Positions 23,450 through 35,080 of a DNA stretch of 55,654 nucleotides are shown here, piece after piece. The stretch covers positions 1 through 55,654 of the forward strand of contig LVLI01000414.1 of assembly GCA_001687465.1 (NCBI GenBank), given 5' to 3'. Position numbers and translations under genes: made by a program. Every line of letters begins with the position of its first letter. Position 1 is the stretch's first letter. Under the pieces are notes generated by a model. The model searched no databases. It saw only the letters and a list, made by a program, of their open reading frames with translations, and was not told the DNA's origin. This DNA comes from Halocafeteria seosinensis (lineage: Eukaryota).

Positions 23450-26400
23450 ATGGACTATCTGCTCGAACTTACCGAGAAAGCAGCGCTTCCTGCTGACCAA
23501 AACAATGGCAAGAACTCGTATATCGCTGTCCCAGAGGGTGCCACATTACGTGTGCGCGTTCCCAACTCTATGTACATGCATAGGAAATGGAACTATGGTG
23601 TACGTGGTAATGAAACAAGTCCCGGCAAACTGCAGTCTATCATTCACAAGTTGGGTTTCTGCTTTCAATGGTGCTTTTACAGGAGAATTTGACGGCATTC
23701 TGCAATATAGTTGACAAGGAAAAGTGCTCCGAGTTTGATAGAGATTTGTTCTTTCAGGTGGAATCAATCAATCGGGCGTGCAATGTCACCCAGGATTGGG
23801 AAGCATGTATCTTGGCTTCCATGGCTGGGGCTTTTGAAGTGATACTCTGCAGCGTAGTCAACGACGATGACGATAATAACGAGTTTTCGTCATCTGCATA
23901 CAGGTTGCATTCCTGTATCAATTTCATCGTAGAGCCTGCCTTGTCTACAGAACGGGCCGATGGTACTCAAGTGGAATTCTCTCTGACTTCTCTGAGGATA
24001 CAGACGCTTCTGACGCCCAATGTTGGTCCCATCAGCAATTGGAAGAGCACTTTCGCCAATACAATCAAAGGAGGATTCAATGCAATTCATTTGTCTCCGG
24101 TGCAACGCCTGGGACATAGTCGGAGCGCATACAGTATCCAAGATCACTTGAGCTTGTCGGAGAGCCTAGCGGCCAAGGACTCAAGTTCGACTGAAGAAGA
24201 GCGATTTATCGCTTTGAAGAAAGCGATTCGCTCCTTCAAACAAGAGAACGGGATCGTGTTTTTTGTAGATGTTGTTCTGAATCACTTGTCCGCTGATAGT
24301 CCGTGGCTTCTGGAACATCCTGAGATCGGATATAGCGTGTCAAACAGTCCATGGCTACGGCCTGCAGTCGAATTAGATGATTCCATCATCACCGCCACGA
24401 GTGATTTTCTGAGCAATCGAGACGAGGAATTTGTGATTTCGAATGTGGAAGAGCTTACTGAGGTTTACAACTTCTGGGAAAGAGATGTCCTACCTGGAAT
24501 AAAGCTATGGGAGTACTACGTGGCCAACAGTGATAACCACGTTAATCGCCTGTGGCAAGTGCTTCGGTCCACTAACGAGCACCTCAGACGGCGGTTTAGA
24601 GCATTGATTGCTGAGTACGAAGGTAAAGATATCGAGGAAATGGTTAACCTGCTCTTCCATCAAGGCATACTCACTGTATTTTCCGACGGTCGTCGTTTTC
24701 CCGTCGATTTAAAGAAAAAGAAGCTGTTCCAATACCTGAAGGAAAACGATTACCTCGGACGTTCGCATTCTGAAGACGTTTCATTCCACAGTGCGAAAGA
24801 ATTCATAGACTCTATTAATCTCTATTTTTATAAGCAGTACGATGCAGATATTGTGTCTGCGAAGAGTGCCATCTGGAATACGGCAAAACACAAATGGCTT
24901 GGAGAAAGGCAGGGGAAGTCTTCCTTGTCAGAGGATCTTCCTCTAGTACCGCTTTATTTTGCGAGGGTAGGCGTGGGAAGTACAGATGCTGATAATTCAA
25001 ATGCTATATACGATAATAACCGTATTTTCGCTTGTAATGGGTTCATTTGGGACGGGGATTCTTCAATTGATATTTGCCTCCCTTGGGACACTCATTCGAA
25101 ATATAAGCAATGCCTTCATAAGGAACTTAATGTGTCTTCGAGAATGGTACAGTTAGGACGTAGTGTTCTCCAGGGCTGCTCGGAATACTGTCGCCGGTCC
25201 TTAGAGGGGCTCGTTTCTACAACTTCTCGTGTGCCTGCAAGTACTCCGTACCTGCGCAGGTCCCTAGTGATATGGGGAGATTGTGTGAGGTTCCGCTATG
25301 GCTACAGCCCGGAAGAGAGCCCGAAATTATGGAGTTTAATGACTGATTATGTTCAAAAGATGGCGAAAGTATTTGACGGATTCCGGATTGATAATGCTCA
25401 CGGCCAATCTATCCATGTCCTACGTGCTCTATTGGATTCGGCTAGGAGGGTAAATCCTTCGCTACACATCAACGCCGAACTGTTCACTGGATCGACTGAG
25501 AAAGACATTGACTATATTCATCATCTTGGTATAAATAGCTTGGTTCGGGAAGCTATGCAGACTTCATCTGTGGGAGAACTTTCTCAAGCTGTCTGCCAAT
25601 ATAGTGAACGTCCAATAGGGGACTTGGTGCCTCCCTTCAAACTTCTTCACAGCAGCCGCAGGAAAGATCCGAGGCTTCTGACTGAGACCGCCCGTAAAAT
25701 CAAATCCTTTGCAGAACAATGGGGTGCTGTTCATTGCTGTTCGCCGTTTACATATCACACGCCTTCTATGTTTTACGACTGCACCCACGACAATGAAGTT
25801 CCAGCTCAGGTAGGTGATGTGGCGAACACTTTATCCCTCGCTGTCTTGACAAGCGCTGCTGGATGCGCTAGCGGGAGCACGAAGAACTTCGATGCTCTAC
25901 CGCTGTCAAACGTCAGTGTGGTCGCTGAGCGACGGCTCTATCACTCGGGCGAGGTTCGTAGCGAATCGGCCAGCCGCTTGACTAATGGGCACGAGGAAGT
26001 ATCATGCACTTCTTCGGCGTTTCGCTCTCTTTCTTGGGGTGGAACGGCGCAAGTGATTGATGAGCCTCTCTTGCTCGTAAGGCGTCTGTTGAATGATTTG
26101 AAAGACTTTTCAGAAGAACAGGGAATGTGCGAGGTTCATTCGTTCAGAGTGTCCGGTCATGATGACTTAGCTGTGGTACTTCGTTACAGTCCATTTACAG
26201 GGAGAATGCTCTGGTACATAGTTCGTTTCGGAGCTTTCCGCTCACAAGAGGCTGATATGGGGATCAAGTCTGCACGCTTTCAGTTGGAAGGATGTGTGTC
26301 ATCGCTGTTGCTCGTGGCTAAACTTGATTCTCTTGGTGCTGAGAGCGAGGGAAAAGGAGCGGATAGTTGTCTCAGTGGGGTAGCGGGCACGCTGCACTAT

Positions 26401-28791
26401 TGGAGTCGCCCTTTCCTAGAAAGCTGTTTCATGGATCAAGAAGACATCGACTGCGAAGCACCGGGAGTAGTTGACTGGAACTGCAGCGAGCACAAAACGA
26501 CGATGCACCTTGACAAGGCGTTTCTGCCACCGGGCTCGGTTGTTGTCCTAGCTGGCTCCTCGTCTGCAGTATCTTGGGTTCCTTACTCGGCTTTATCTAC
26601 TCCCGACTCTGTTTCGTGTGTGCCTTGCGTTCTTGCAGACAGCATCGGGGACATAGCAACCATTTTCGATCAACTTGAGGGCGAACAGTTGCACAAGGGC
26701 GTTAACTATTTGCTGTACACGGGAGAATCCGAAGAGCGAGACAGTACTGAGGGGGAGCATGGGGTGTACAATGTTCCAAGTATTGGTCACTTGCCTTGGG
26801 CTGGAGTTGCTGGACTTCAATTCTTCATCCGGCAAGCAATATGTACCGCAGATTTAGATCATCCTGTTTGCACACATTTCCGAGACGGTTTGTGGTATTT
26901 TGAATACTTGCGACACCGGATCTCTTTGATGAAGGACGCGGTATCTGATTTACTGTACAACTCCATCACAAAGATCGAGAAGACGCTGGAAAAACTTCCT
27001 ATCGGACTGAGACCCCGGATGGCTTTGCAGAGCATCTACTACATCTTTTGGAAAGGCATACACGCATCATCACACCATATGATATCTCATGGAGAATACG
27101 CAGGCCTACTCAATTTTTATCAAAGTGGCTCGTCAAAGACAGCGTTCGCACCGGAAGTAAGTCTTCCTATTTCCATCATTGGTTCGACAAACATTTTCTA
27201 TCGCTTGGCGCCTTCGAACCCGTTGCTTGACCCTCGGAATGTGGGCAATCATCAGCTTCGACAAATTGATCCTTCATCTATATGCGCTGGTATCGAGCAC
27301 TTTTCCTCGGGCATCATGAGAAACTGGGGACGGGATACTTTTATCTCGCTAAAAGGAATCATGATCACCAATGGAAGATACGACGTCGCTGAAACAACGC
27401 TGTTGGCCTATGGTGCGGTACTTCGGCACGGACTGATACCTAATCTACTCGATTCGGGACGAAGGCCTAGATACAATGCTCGAGATGCCACGTGGTTTTG
27501 GCTAATGGCACTGCAACAGTACTGCCGCCACAGTCCCGAAGCCTATGGTATTCTTCAAAAACATGTACCACGTCTATTCCCCAGTGACTCACAGGAGGAG
27601 TACAAATGGCACCGTGGCAAGGGATATCACCACAAGACGTTTCCTAATCTCCCAACGATGTCTATTGGCGATATCGTCCTCGAAATCCTTCGGAAGCACG
27701 TTAACGGTATTTCATTTCGAGAATGGGATGCGGGGCCCTCCATCGATGAGAAGATGCATGATGAAGGTTTTCAGGTTACGGCGTGGATTGATACTACAAC
27801 AGGCTTGCTATATGGGGGTAATCGGTGGAATTGCGGAACATGGATGGACAAAATGGGGGAAAGCAAAATATTCAATATAGTCGGAACACCGGCCACACCA
27901 AGAGATGGTGCCGCGGTTGAACTCAACGGTTTATTGTATAGTACTCTGGCGTGGCTGGCCGAAACTGCGCCATCAACCAGTGAAACTGTGGCATCCAAAT
28001 ATTTGGATTGTGAGAAAGTTACTCTTGGATCTCGAGGTCCAACTTCCTTCGAAGTATGGAAGGATTTAGTGCAGGAAAATTTCCAAAAGTTATTCGCCGA
28101 TCAGCTTGACGTATGCGGCTTGCGCGATGTTCTAAGTCCTTCGCTACAGCATACAAGTTTGCAGTTACGCCCGAACCAAGTAAGTCTCGATCGTGTTGTT
28201 ACTTACTACACATACACTGATATTCTTTCGCTTGCAGCTCATTGCCATTGCTACTGGAGACGCACTGTTGGATAGAAAAACTCGGCGTGGAGCCTTGGCG
28301 TTAATTGAGGGACGATTGCTTGGTGAGGAACAGCTCGGCATTAAGACACTGGACCCCAACGACCCCGAATACGACGGTATTTACGAAAACAACAACGAGG
28401 CTGATCCAAAAAGCGCTAAAGGCTTCAATTACCATCAGGGTCCGGAATGGGTTTGGCCACTTGGGTATTATCTGCTGAGTTACCTGCGCTGCCACGATTT
28501 AGAGATCTCGGCTAGACGGAAATGGCTGATGGGCTGCCTTTACCGTCATCGTCGTGCTCTGGATAGCAGCCCCCATGCCGCTTTACCGGAACTAACCAAT
28601 GAGAATGGTAAGCTTCTCAGTTTGATTTAATCGTTTTCAGGTTTTCCCATCTCTAGCATGCTATCGCAGGTAGCGTTTGCGCCGATAGTTGCACTGCGCA
28701 AGCGTGGTCTCATGCCACTATTGTTGAGGCAATGAATGAGGTTTTCAGTGGCGAGTGTCCAGATGTACAAAACAAGGAGAATAGTAACTAA
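23450..28791 (+). CDS. AGL: Glycogen debranching enzyme (GH13 4-alpha-glucanotransferase + GH133 amylo-1,6-glucosidase)
   Basis: SAYSIQD, DVVLNH, FDGFRIDNAH, AELFTGS, DCTHDNE, RNWGRDTFI, RYNARDA, GTWMDKMGES, NYHQGPEW, PELTN, QAWS. Three introns (~23607-23682, ~28180-28237, ~28608-28669). Confidence 0.95.
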
Positions 28792-28913
28792 GATATGTTG
28801 CCAGTATTCTCCTCTTGCTCAGATTTTACAGAATCAATAGAAAATGCGCTCAACCTGTTTCAGCAATACAATACAGAAACGTAGGCAATTAGCTACATCA
28901 TGTACACATCGCT

Positions 28914-31043
28914 TCAAGATGCATCATTGTTGCCACCTCGTCCCCAAGGGAACCATGTCACGGGTATCCAGCTTTGTCTTCTCTGGTTTCCCGCTTGTGT
29001 TTCCGATTCGACGTTCTGAGTATCAATAGTCGGTTGAACTGTGTATGCAGCCTTATGCTCTTCAGCCGGTAACGGACCATCTATCCCATACGCTTTCTCG
29101 ACGGGTTCACTATCAGCGCCTGCTTGATCATCATACTCGTGTAGAGTGGGTACAGCAAAACCGAGTCCTCGGTCTCGCCCTCCTTGTCTTGCGGCCATTT
29201 GACTCATATTGCGCAATACCTTTAATCCGATGACAACACATCCTGATGCCATGCCGAGCACGACCAGCACGTTAATCGCAACGGCGACACCTATGCCAAC
29301 TAGATTTACCGAGCGGTTATCAGGCACCGCCATTTTCGGGATCCTATGGAGTACAAATATTGCATTCGCGTTAGCCAAGTTACTTTCTGAACCCTCCAAT
29401 GCCTTTCCAGTCGCGCTATCGTATGCTTCCCATACGGAAAACGCATCCTCAGGAATAGACTGGGATTCTTGACATAAAAGTTTTTGTGAGTGCGATCTTA
29501 AAGCAGAAACAAGACCGGCTGCACCCAGCTGCTCTAAAGAGTAAAGTAATAAAGCATTCGACCGGAGCCAAACCGGGCCATTCATACCCGAAGATGTGTT
29601 AAACGCCGGCGAAAGCCTATCTAAGCTACAAAACGACGGACCGGGGAGAAAGCGCTCCGAGAGCAACGTGCTTAATACATCAGATTTCCATTTTTGAACC
29701 CCGCTTTGGAAGCGGGAATCAGTAGTGTTCAATTCACCTAGGCTGAGAATCGCAGCGTTCGTACTCAGATACTCTTGTCGGGACGAAACCGCAACATCTT
29801 TCTCTCCATACCGAATCTCAGCGTCAAAACCGAAGTTCTTAGTCGACGATAGGAGATAATGCAGTGAACCATCTAAAATTGCGTCTTTCCATTTCTTGAC
29901 CTGATTTAATTTTGACGAACTCGCACCAGCAATGGAGCCCATACGCTCAAGCTGCTGCAGACTCAAATACGCCTCAGCGTTCGTCGTGACAGTTGCAAGC
30001 GACACTGAGCAGTTACTCGCACGAGCATCGGATGAAGTAAGTTCCCGATTAATGGAGTAACATTGAGCCAAACACTGATCTAAGGCCATTCGAGACACGT
30101 TCGCGAACTCTACGGGATACTGCTTCGCGAAAAGAGGAAAATCATTCCCAGTGGAGCAAAAAACTGTCAAGTTCGTTTCTTCATAGAGATGGTCCCAGGT
30201 TATGGTCGCAGGAAGCAGTGTCTCCCATGGGTGATGATTCACTAGCAGCTCCCCCTTCCCTGATTCGATCTCGACAGCTCGGTTATGAAACCACCATTCG
30301 TAGAACGAGTGCACTTTGTCGAAATTTGTCTCCAGAAAATCTATTGCTGTCTCCCCAATAGATCTTTCTTCATCGTTCTCGGGGCCGTCCACTCCACCAG
30401 CTTGATCAATCGATTCATCAAACCAATGCATAATGGACAGCGCCAAGAACGGGTGAGTTGGAAGATTGGAACTAAATTTGTTTCCATTAGACCGGCCAAA
30501 TCCCCATAAGGATCGATCGGGCTCGCTCGGTTCTGTGCTATACCATAAATGTGGAATCATGCCACTATCCGTTTGATGGTCCAGGATTATCCTGCACGGA
30601 ATTCGATTCGATTACTAAGTAGGTTCACAGAAAGGGTCAATGTTTGCAGAACTTACTCAAACATTTCTTTCGCTTTCTCTAAGTCATGATACTGCAATGG
30701 AACAATCCTCTCCCCGTGCATGTGGAATTCAGTTCCTGGTAAGCGAAGCATAGTTAGTACTTACGGATAACGCATGTGCCGCTGCCATGAGCTCAAACGT
30801 TCTAAAGACCTCCGGTTCACTCATATCATTTCCTCCACCATTTTCGGCATTCTTCAGTGTCAGGTGTGCTTGCGTCAATTTATCATTGCTGTGGTCAAGA
30901 ATCGTCTTTATCCGAGAATTGCTGCAGGACTCCACATGGGTGGTAAAACCGGCTGTTCCCGAAGCCCATATTAGAGCCATTCCCACAGTGAACAGGCATT
31001 TCGTGGCCAAGGGCAGACGCTTCTCCCACCCCTTCCTGTCCAT
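28914..31043 (-). CDS. Type-I membrane protein with a divergent GH63/mannosylglycerate-hydrolase-like (alpha/alpha)6 domain
   Basis: Signal-like N-terminus. After two introns: DLEKAKEMFEIILDHQTDSGMIPHLWY, HPWET, GPVW, WEAYDSATG. C-terminal TM helix (LVGIGVAVAINVLVVLGMASGCVVIGL). Confidence 0.7.
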
Positions 31044-31443
31044 TGAAGAGTTTCGGTAACTGTGATGAGTGGAATTCATCATGAACAGGGATGGAGGGCT
31101 ATTTCAGCCTGAAGGAGGGGGCAAGACTTCAACCTGCGAGTTCTACACAGTGTTCTATCCGTCTTTTCTCCACATTTACCAGCAAAATAATCAACCGTAT
31201 GGGAAGCACGTATTGTGGACGACACAAACGAAACACAATGCAGCTTGATAGCTCCTTATTGCGAGCGATAAAGCGACATGAATCATTGATGAATGGTTGG
31301 TTTCCGGGCTTCCAGCCCGGATCGTGTCGCAAACTGGGAAGTCTGACTGACGTCACGGGTGACAGAGAGGTGTGAGTATATCTCAAAATGGCCGAATTGT
31401 CGATTGAACCAGTTCATATGCCCACGTAGCATGGCTGCCAAAA

Positions 31444-32289
31444 ATGGCCACCACTTCTCTTGCCAAAATCATCAGCATTTCGCTCTTGGCACCCTTACCT
31501 GTGCGAGAAAATGCAATTCCGCTCACCCAGGGTCAGATTGCCGAAATGCAAACGGGAGAGCAGCCGTACTCCAGTCTCTTCGGAAGCTGGTAAGTCCACA
31601 ACACTCTTTCCAAACCTGCCTCTCGAATACCCATTAGTTTGAGCTACGTTTGTACCTGAAAACAGGAATCCTGTGGATGACAGAGTCATGGGAGGATTCT
31701 CCGAATCGAATGCACGAGTAGCTCTCTTAGATTCGTTGGGAAAATTGACCACAGTAGGATTGGAGGACACAGTTCGCGAGAACCAATATCCAATGTTGTA
31801 CTTTTTTGGTGAAGTGTAAGGATGTGAGGATAGTTCAATAGTTGATTGGCGATCATTTTTTGTACACCCACGTTGTGATCCGCGTACAGAAGGCGCGGAG
31901 GGGGGTTTGCATCTGTTCGAAGTAGCAACAGACCTCAGAGAGAAGTTTTAGAGGAAGCCGACCAAAAGGCCTGCAATACACTTGAAATTGAACTGGATCG
32001 CCAGCAAACGGTGAACAAGACCTTCTCAATTCAGCTTAGGACACCACTGACGGAACGTTCAGGAATCTATTACCTGCACGATTTTACGGTTTCCTCCGAG
32101 GGTGACTCAAATGAGACTGTGCAAATGAAGCTAGCAGACTTTGTACCCAAGAGAAAAGGGAAAACACTTGCGGACCAAGAGAGGATAACAGAATTCAGCA
32201 GCATTCGCTCCATAGGATTGATGGTATCGCACATGCAATTCGGGGAATTTTCGCTGGCGGTTCGAGACATTAGGGCGGTATCCAATTAG
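31444..32289 (+). CDS. CIA30 / NDUFAF1-family protein
   Basis: After splicing (~31590-31665, ~31816-31889): WNPVDDRVMGGFSES...FFGEVRRGGGFASVRS...F.P..KG...SIGLM...GEFSL. Confidence 0.85.
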
Positions 32290-32867
32290 CGTGTAACTTT
32301 AGACAATTTGCATTGCCGTGTTCAACAAAGTGTTTTTCAATGTTCCATATAGGTTGCTGAGCTATCTGCTACGGATATACTAATGAGCTCTTTTCGCGAC
32401 TTAGTTGTGGCGAGCGGAGCACAACAATTCCTGTCCAGACTACTCCACGGGATATATCGACCGAGAAATATATATATACGTTGCCACCTTAATTGAACAA
32501 TATACTACGATATCTACGCTCAGCGTATGTCTTCTGGTCCAATTCAATTGTCGTCGAAAAGGGGGAGTGTTTGAATTGCCGCAGCCGTGAGTGACGCGAA
32601 CGGAAGTGACACCATGGTGAGAAGTTGAAGTTGGGTTCAAGATCCTCTATTACGTCGTATAATAGATGTTTGTTGTTCAGCACACGTTATGACGACGTTC
32701 ATAACATTTAGAGTGTGCTATTCATTGGTATCTAGTAACGAGCGTTTCTCTAGCTAGCCTAGTAATTGTTTCAAAACGACGGTGGCTTTCCGTTCCAATT
32801 ACGTCATTTGGTGCATTTTTATCCATTATAGGACATTTCAGACCTCTTTCAGATACATACAGTCACA

Positions 32868-35008
32868 ATGACGTCGTCGCCGAAGCTACTGTGCGAGTCT
32901 CCGGACCCAGAACAGACGAGAGATGGCGTGGAAGTCTATCGTAGTCCAGGTACGCCTCTTTTCCCCGCAAGCATTTACTAACCCTTTCTCCTCTCCATTT
33001 TTCGTTGCGAGTGGAACTTCTGGGTTAATTTTGTCTCCTGGAGCTTCTAACGACTGATGTCTGTGATTTGCGTGTTTCGCTGCAGCACGCCGATATCATT
33101 CAAAACGCATTGAAAATGCCGGTTTACGCCACTTCCAACTGCAATTACTAAGGTCTCGGCCCGATTTAACTCCAGAGGATATTAAGATGATGGATTTGGG
33201 AGGTGATGATGGATCTTCAGGCAGTTGCGATAGTCCCAGAGGCTCACCTCCACCTAGTGCGAGTCCTGAACGACCTCCAGTTCCTCCGTCAGGTGGGACG
33301 TCCACGCCACCACCACCTGAAACATCTACTGGCCGGAAAGATGAACCCGACTACGTTAAGCAAGTAGAGAATGCTGCGAACTTGTACGAAGTGTTAGGTC
33401 TCGGTGAGGTTACGTATCAAGCAACAATGGGGCAAATTCGAAAAGCATACCGGAAGATGTTGCTGAAACTCCATCCTGACAAAAGGAAGGCTGGGAAGCC
33501 GGTCGACACCGATGAACACGATAACGATCCGATATTTCTGAAGGTTCGAGAAGCATGGCAAACGCTTTCCGATCCTCGTGAACGACACATATATGACAGT
33601 CAACTCGATTTCAACGATGCTATTCCAAGTCCCGATGAAAAAGGGGACTTCTTCGAAATATATAAGCCCGTGTTTGCACGAAATGCTAGATTTAGTGCTC
33701 GTAAGAATGTACCAGACCTCGGAGGACCTGATGACCCATGGGAGAAGGTGGAACAGTTTTATGCATTCTGGTTTTCATTTGAAAGTAATCGAGAATTTCC
33801 TGCTACGGATGGCTATGATTTATCCCAGGCAAGCTGCCGCGAGGAACGGAGGTGGATGCAGCGGCAAAACGAAAAGGACAAAGAAAATAAGAAGAAGAAC
33901 GAGATGAAGCGTGTGATGAAGCTGGTAAAGCAAGCATATAATAGAGATCCTAGAGTACTTGCGCACAAGAAGAAGGTTGAGCAAGAGGAGCAGGAAGCAA
34001 AAGAGAGAGCCAAGCGAAAAGCAGAGGAAGAAAAGAAGCGAAAAGAGGAACAAATGCAGGCGGCTGCTAAGCGCAATGAACAAAACAAGAAAGAGCTTAA
34101 GCAGCAAAAGCGTCGCATGCGCTTGCAACGATCTACGTTACGCCAACTGATTCACCGAGGGTTTGACGACTACGGCTTTATGCAAAGTGAAACTGGAAAG
34201 GAAGAAGTCGAGAACTTCTTGCAGCAATTTACCTCTGATAGTCTGGAAGCTGCACTAGATTTCTTCAGTTTGGATGCAGAGTCGATATCAGAGGACAAGA
34301 GTGCTATAGAGCGGGTTCCAGAGGAGAAAATTAAAGAGAAGTTCGAAGAGGAACTTAAAATGTGGATGAACAAGTACGATTTTAATGCGAAACGAGAGGC
34401 GCCTGAATCGAATAAAGAAACTGAGGTGCCAGCTGCTTCAACTCCTAGTAAAACCGAAATAAGCGAACCATGGTCTGCTGAAGAGCTGTCACTGCTGGCG
34501 AAAGCTGTGTCCAAGTTTCCGGGAGGCGCACGGCAACGGTGGGAACAGGTTTCTGAATATATGGCGAGCGCTTCCGGTGGTACATATGTGCGAACGTAAG
34601 TGTATTCACCGTATGACTTTTGCAGGTTCCTGTTTTTGTACCGGAAATTTTATGGAATGCAGTAAGGCAGAATGCGCAAAAAAAGCATCCGAGTTGAGAC
34701 AAAACAGGAAAGGGAAAAGCGAAACCTCGAAGAAGGAAGATGCGCCTTCAAAGGAGGAAAATTCGAATTCAACCGCTGATGCCACAGCTGCAGCGGCCGA
34801 GGCAGCCAAAGATTTACAGATCTGGACAACAGATCAACAGAAGGCACTGGAGGAAGGCTTAAGACTATTTCCTCCCACAGTAAATATGTCCAAGTCGGAA
34901 AGATGGAAAGAAATTGCTTCTCGAGTTCCCGGAAAGTCTGTCAAGGAATGCGTCCAACGATTCAAAGAGATTAGGCAAAAGCTGAAAGCAGACCAATCCT
35001 CTAGTTAA
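32868..35008 (+). CDS. DNAJC2: Zuotin / DNAJC2 (J domain HPDK, ZHD, two SANT/Myb domains)
   Basis: LYEVLGL...HPDK, FARNARFS, FYAFWFSFESNREF, REERRWM, DPRV, WSAEELSLLAKAVSKFPGG..RW and WTTDQQKALE..RW. Two introns. Confidence 0.93.
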
Positions 35009-35080
35009 TGACTGAATACATTCTTCTAATGGCTTACACTTCACATTCCTTGTAATCCTGGCTGTCTATGTACCAGCCTA

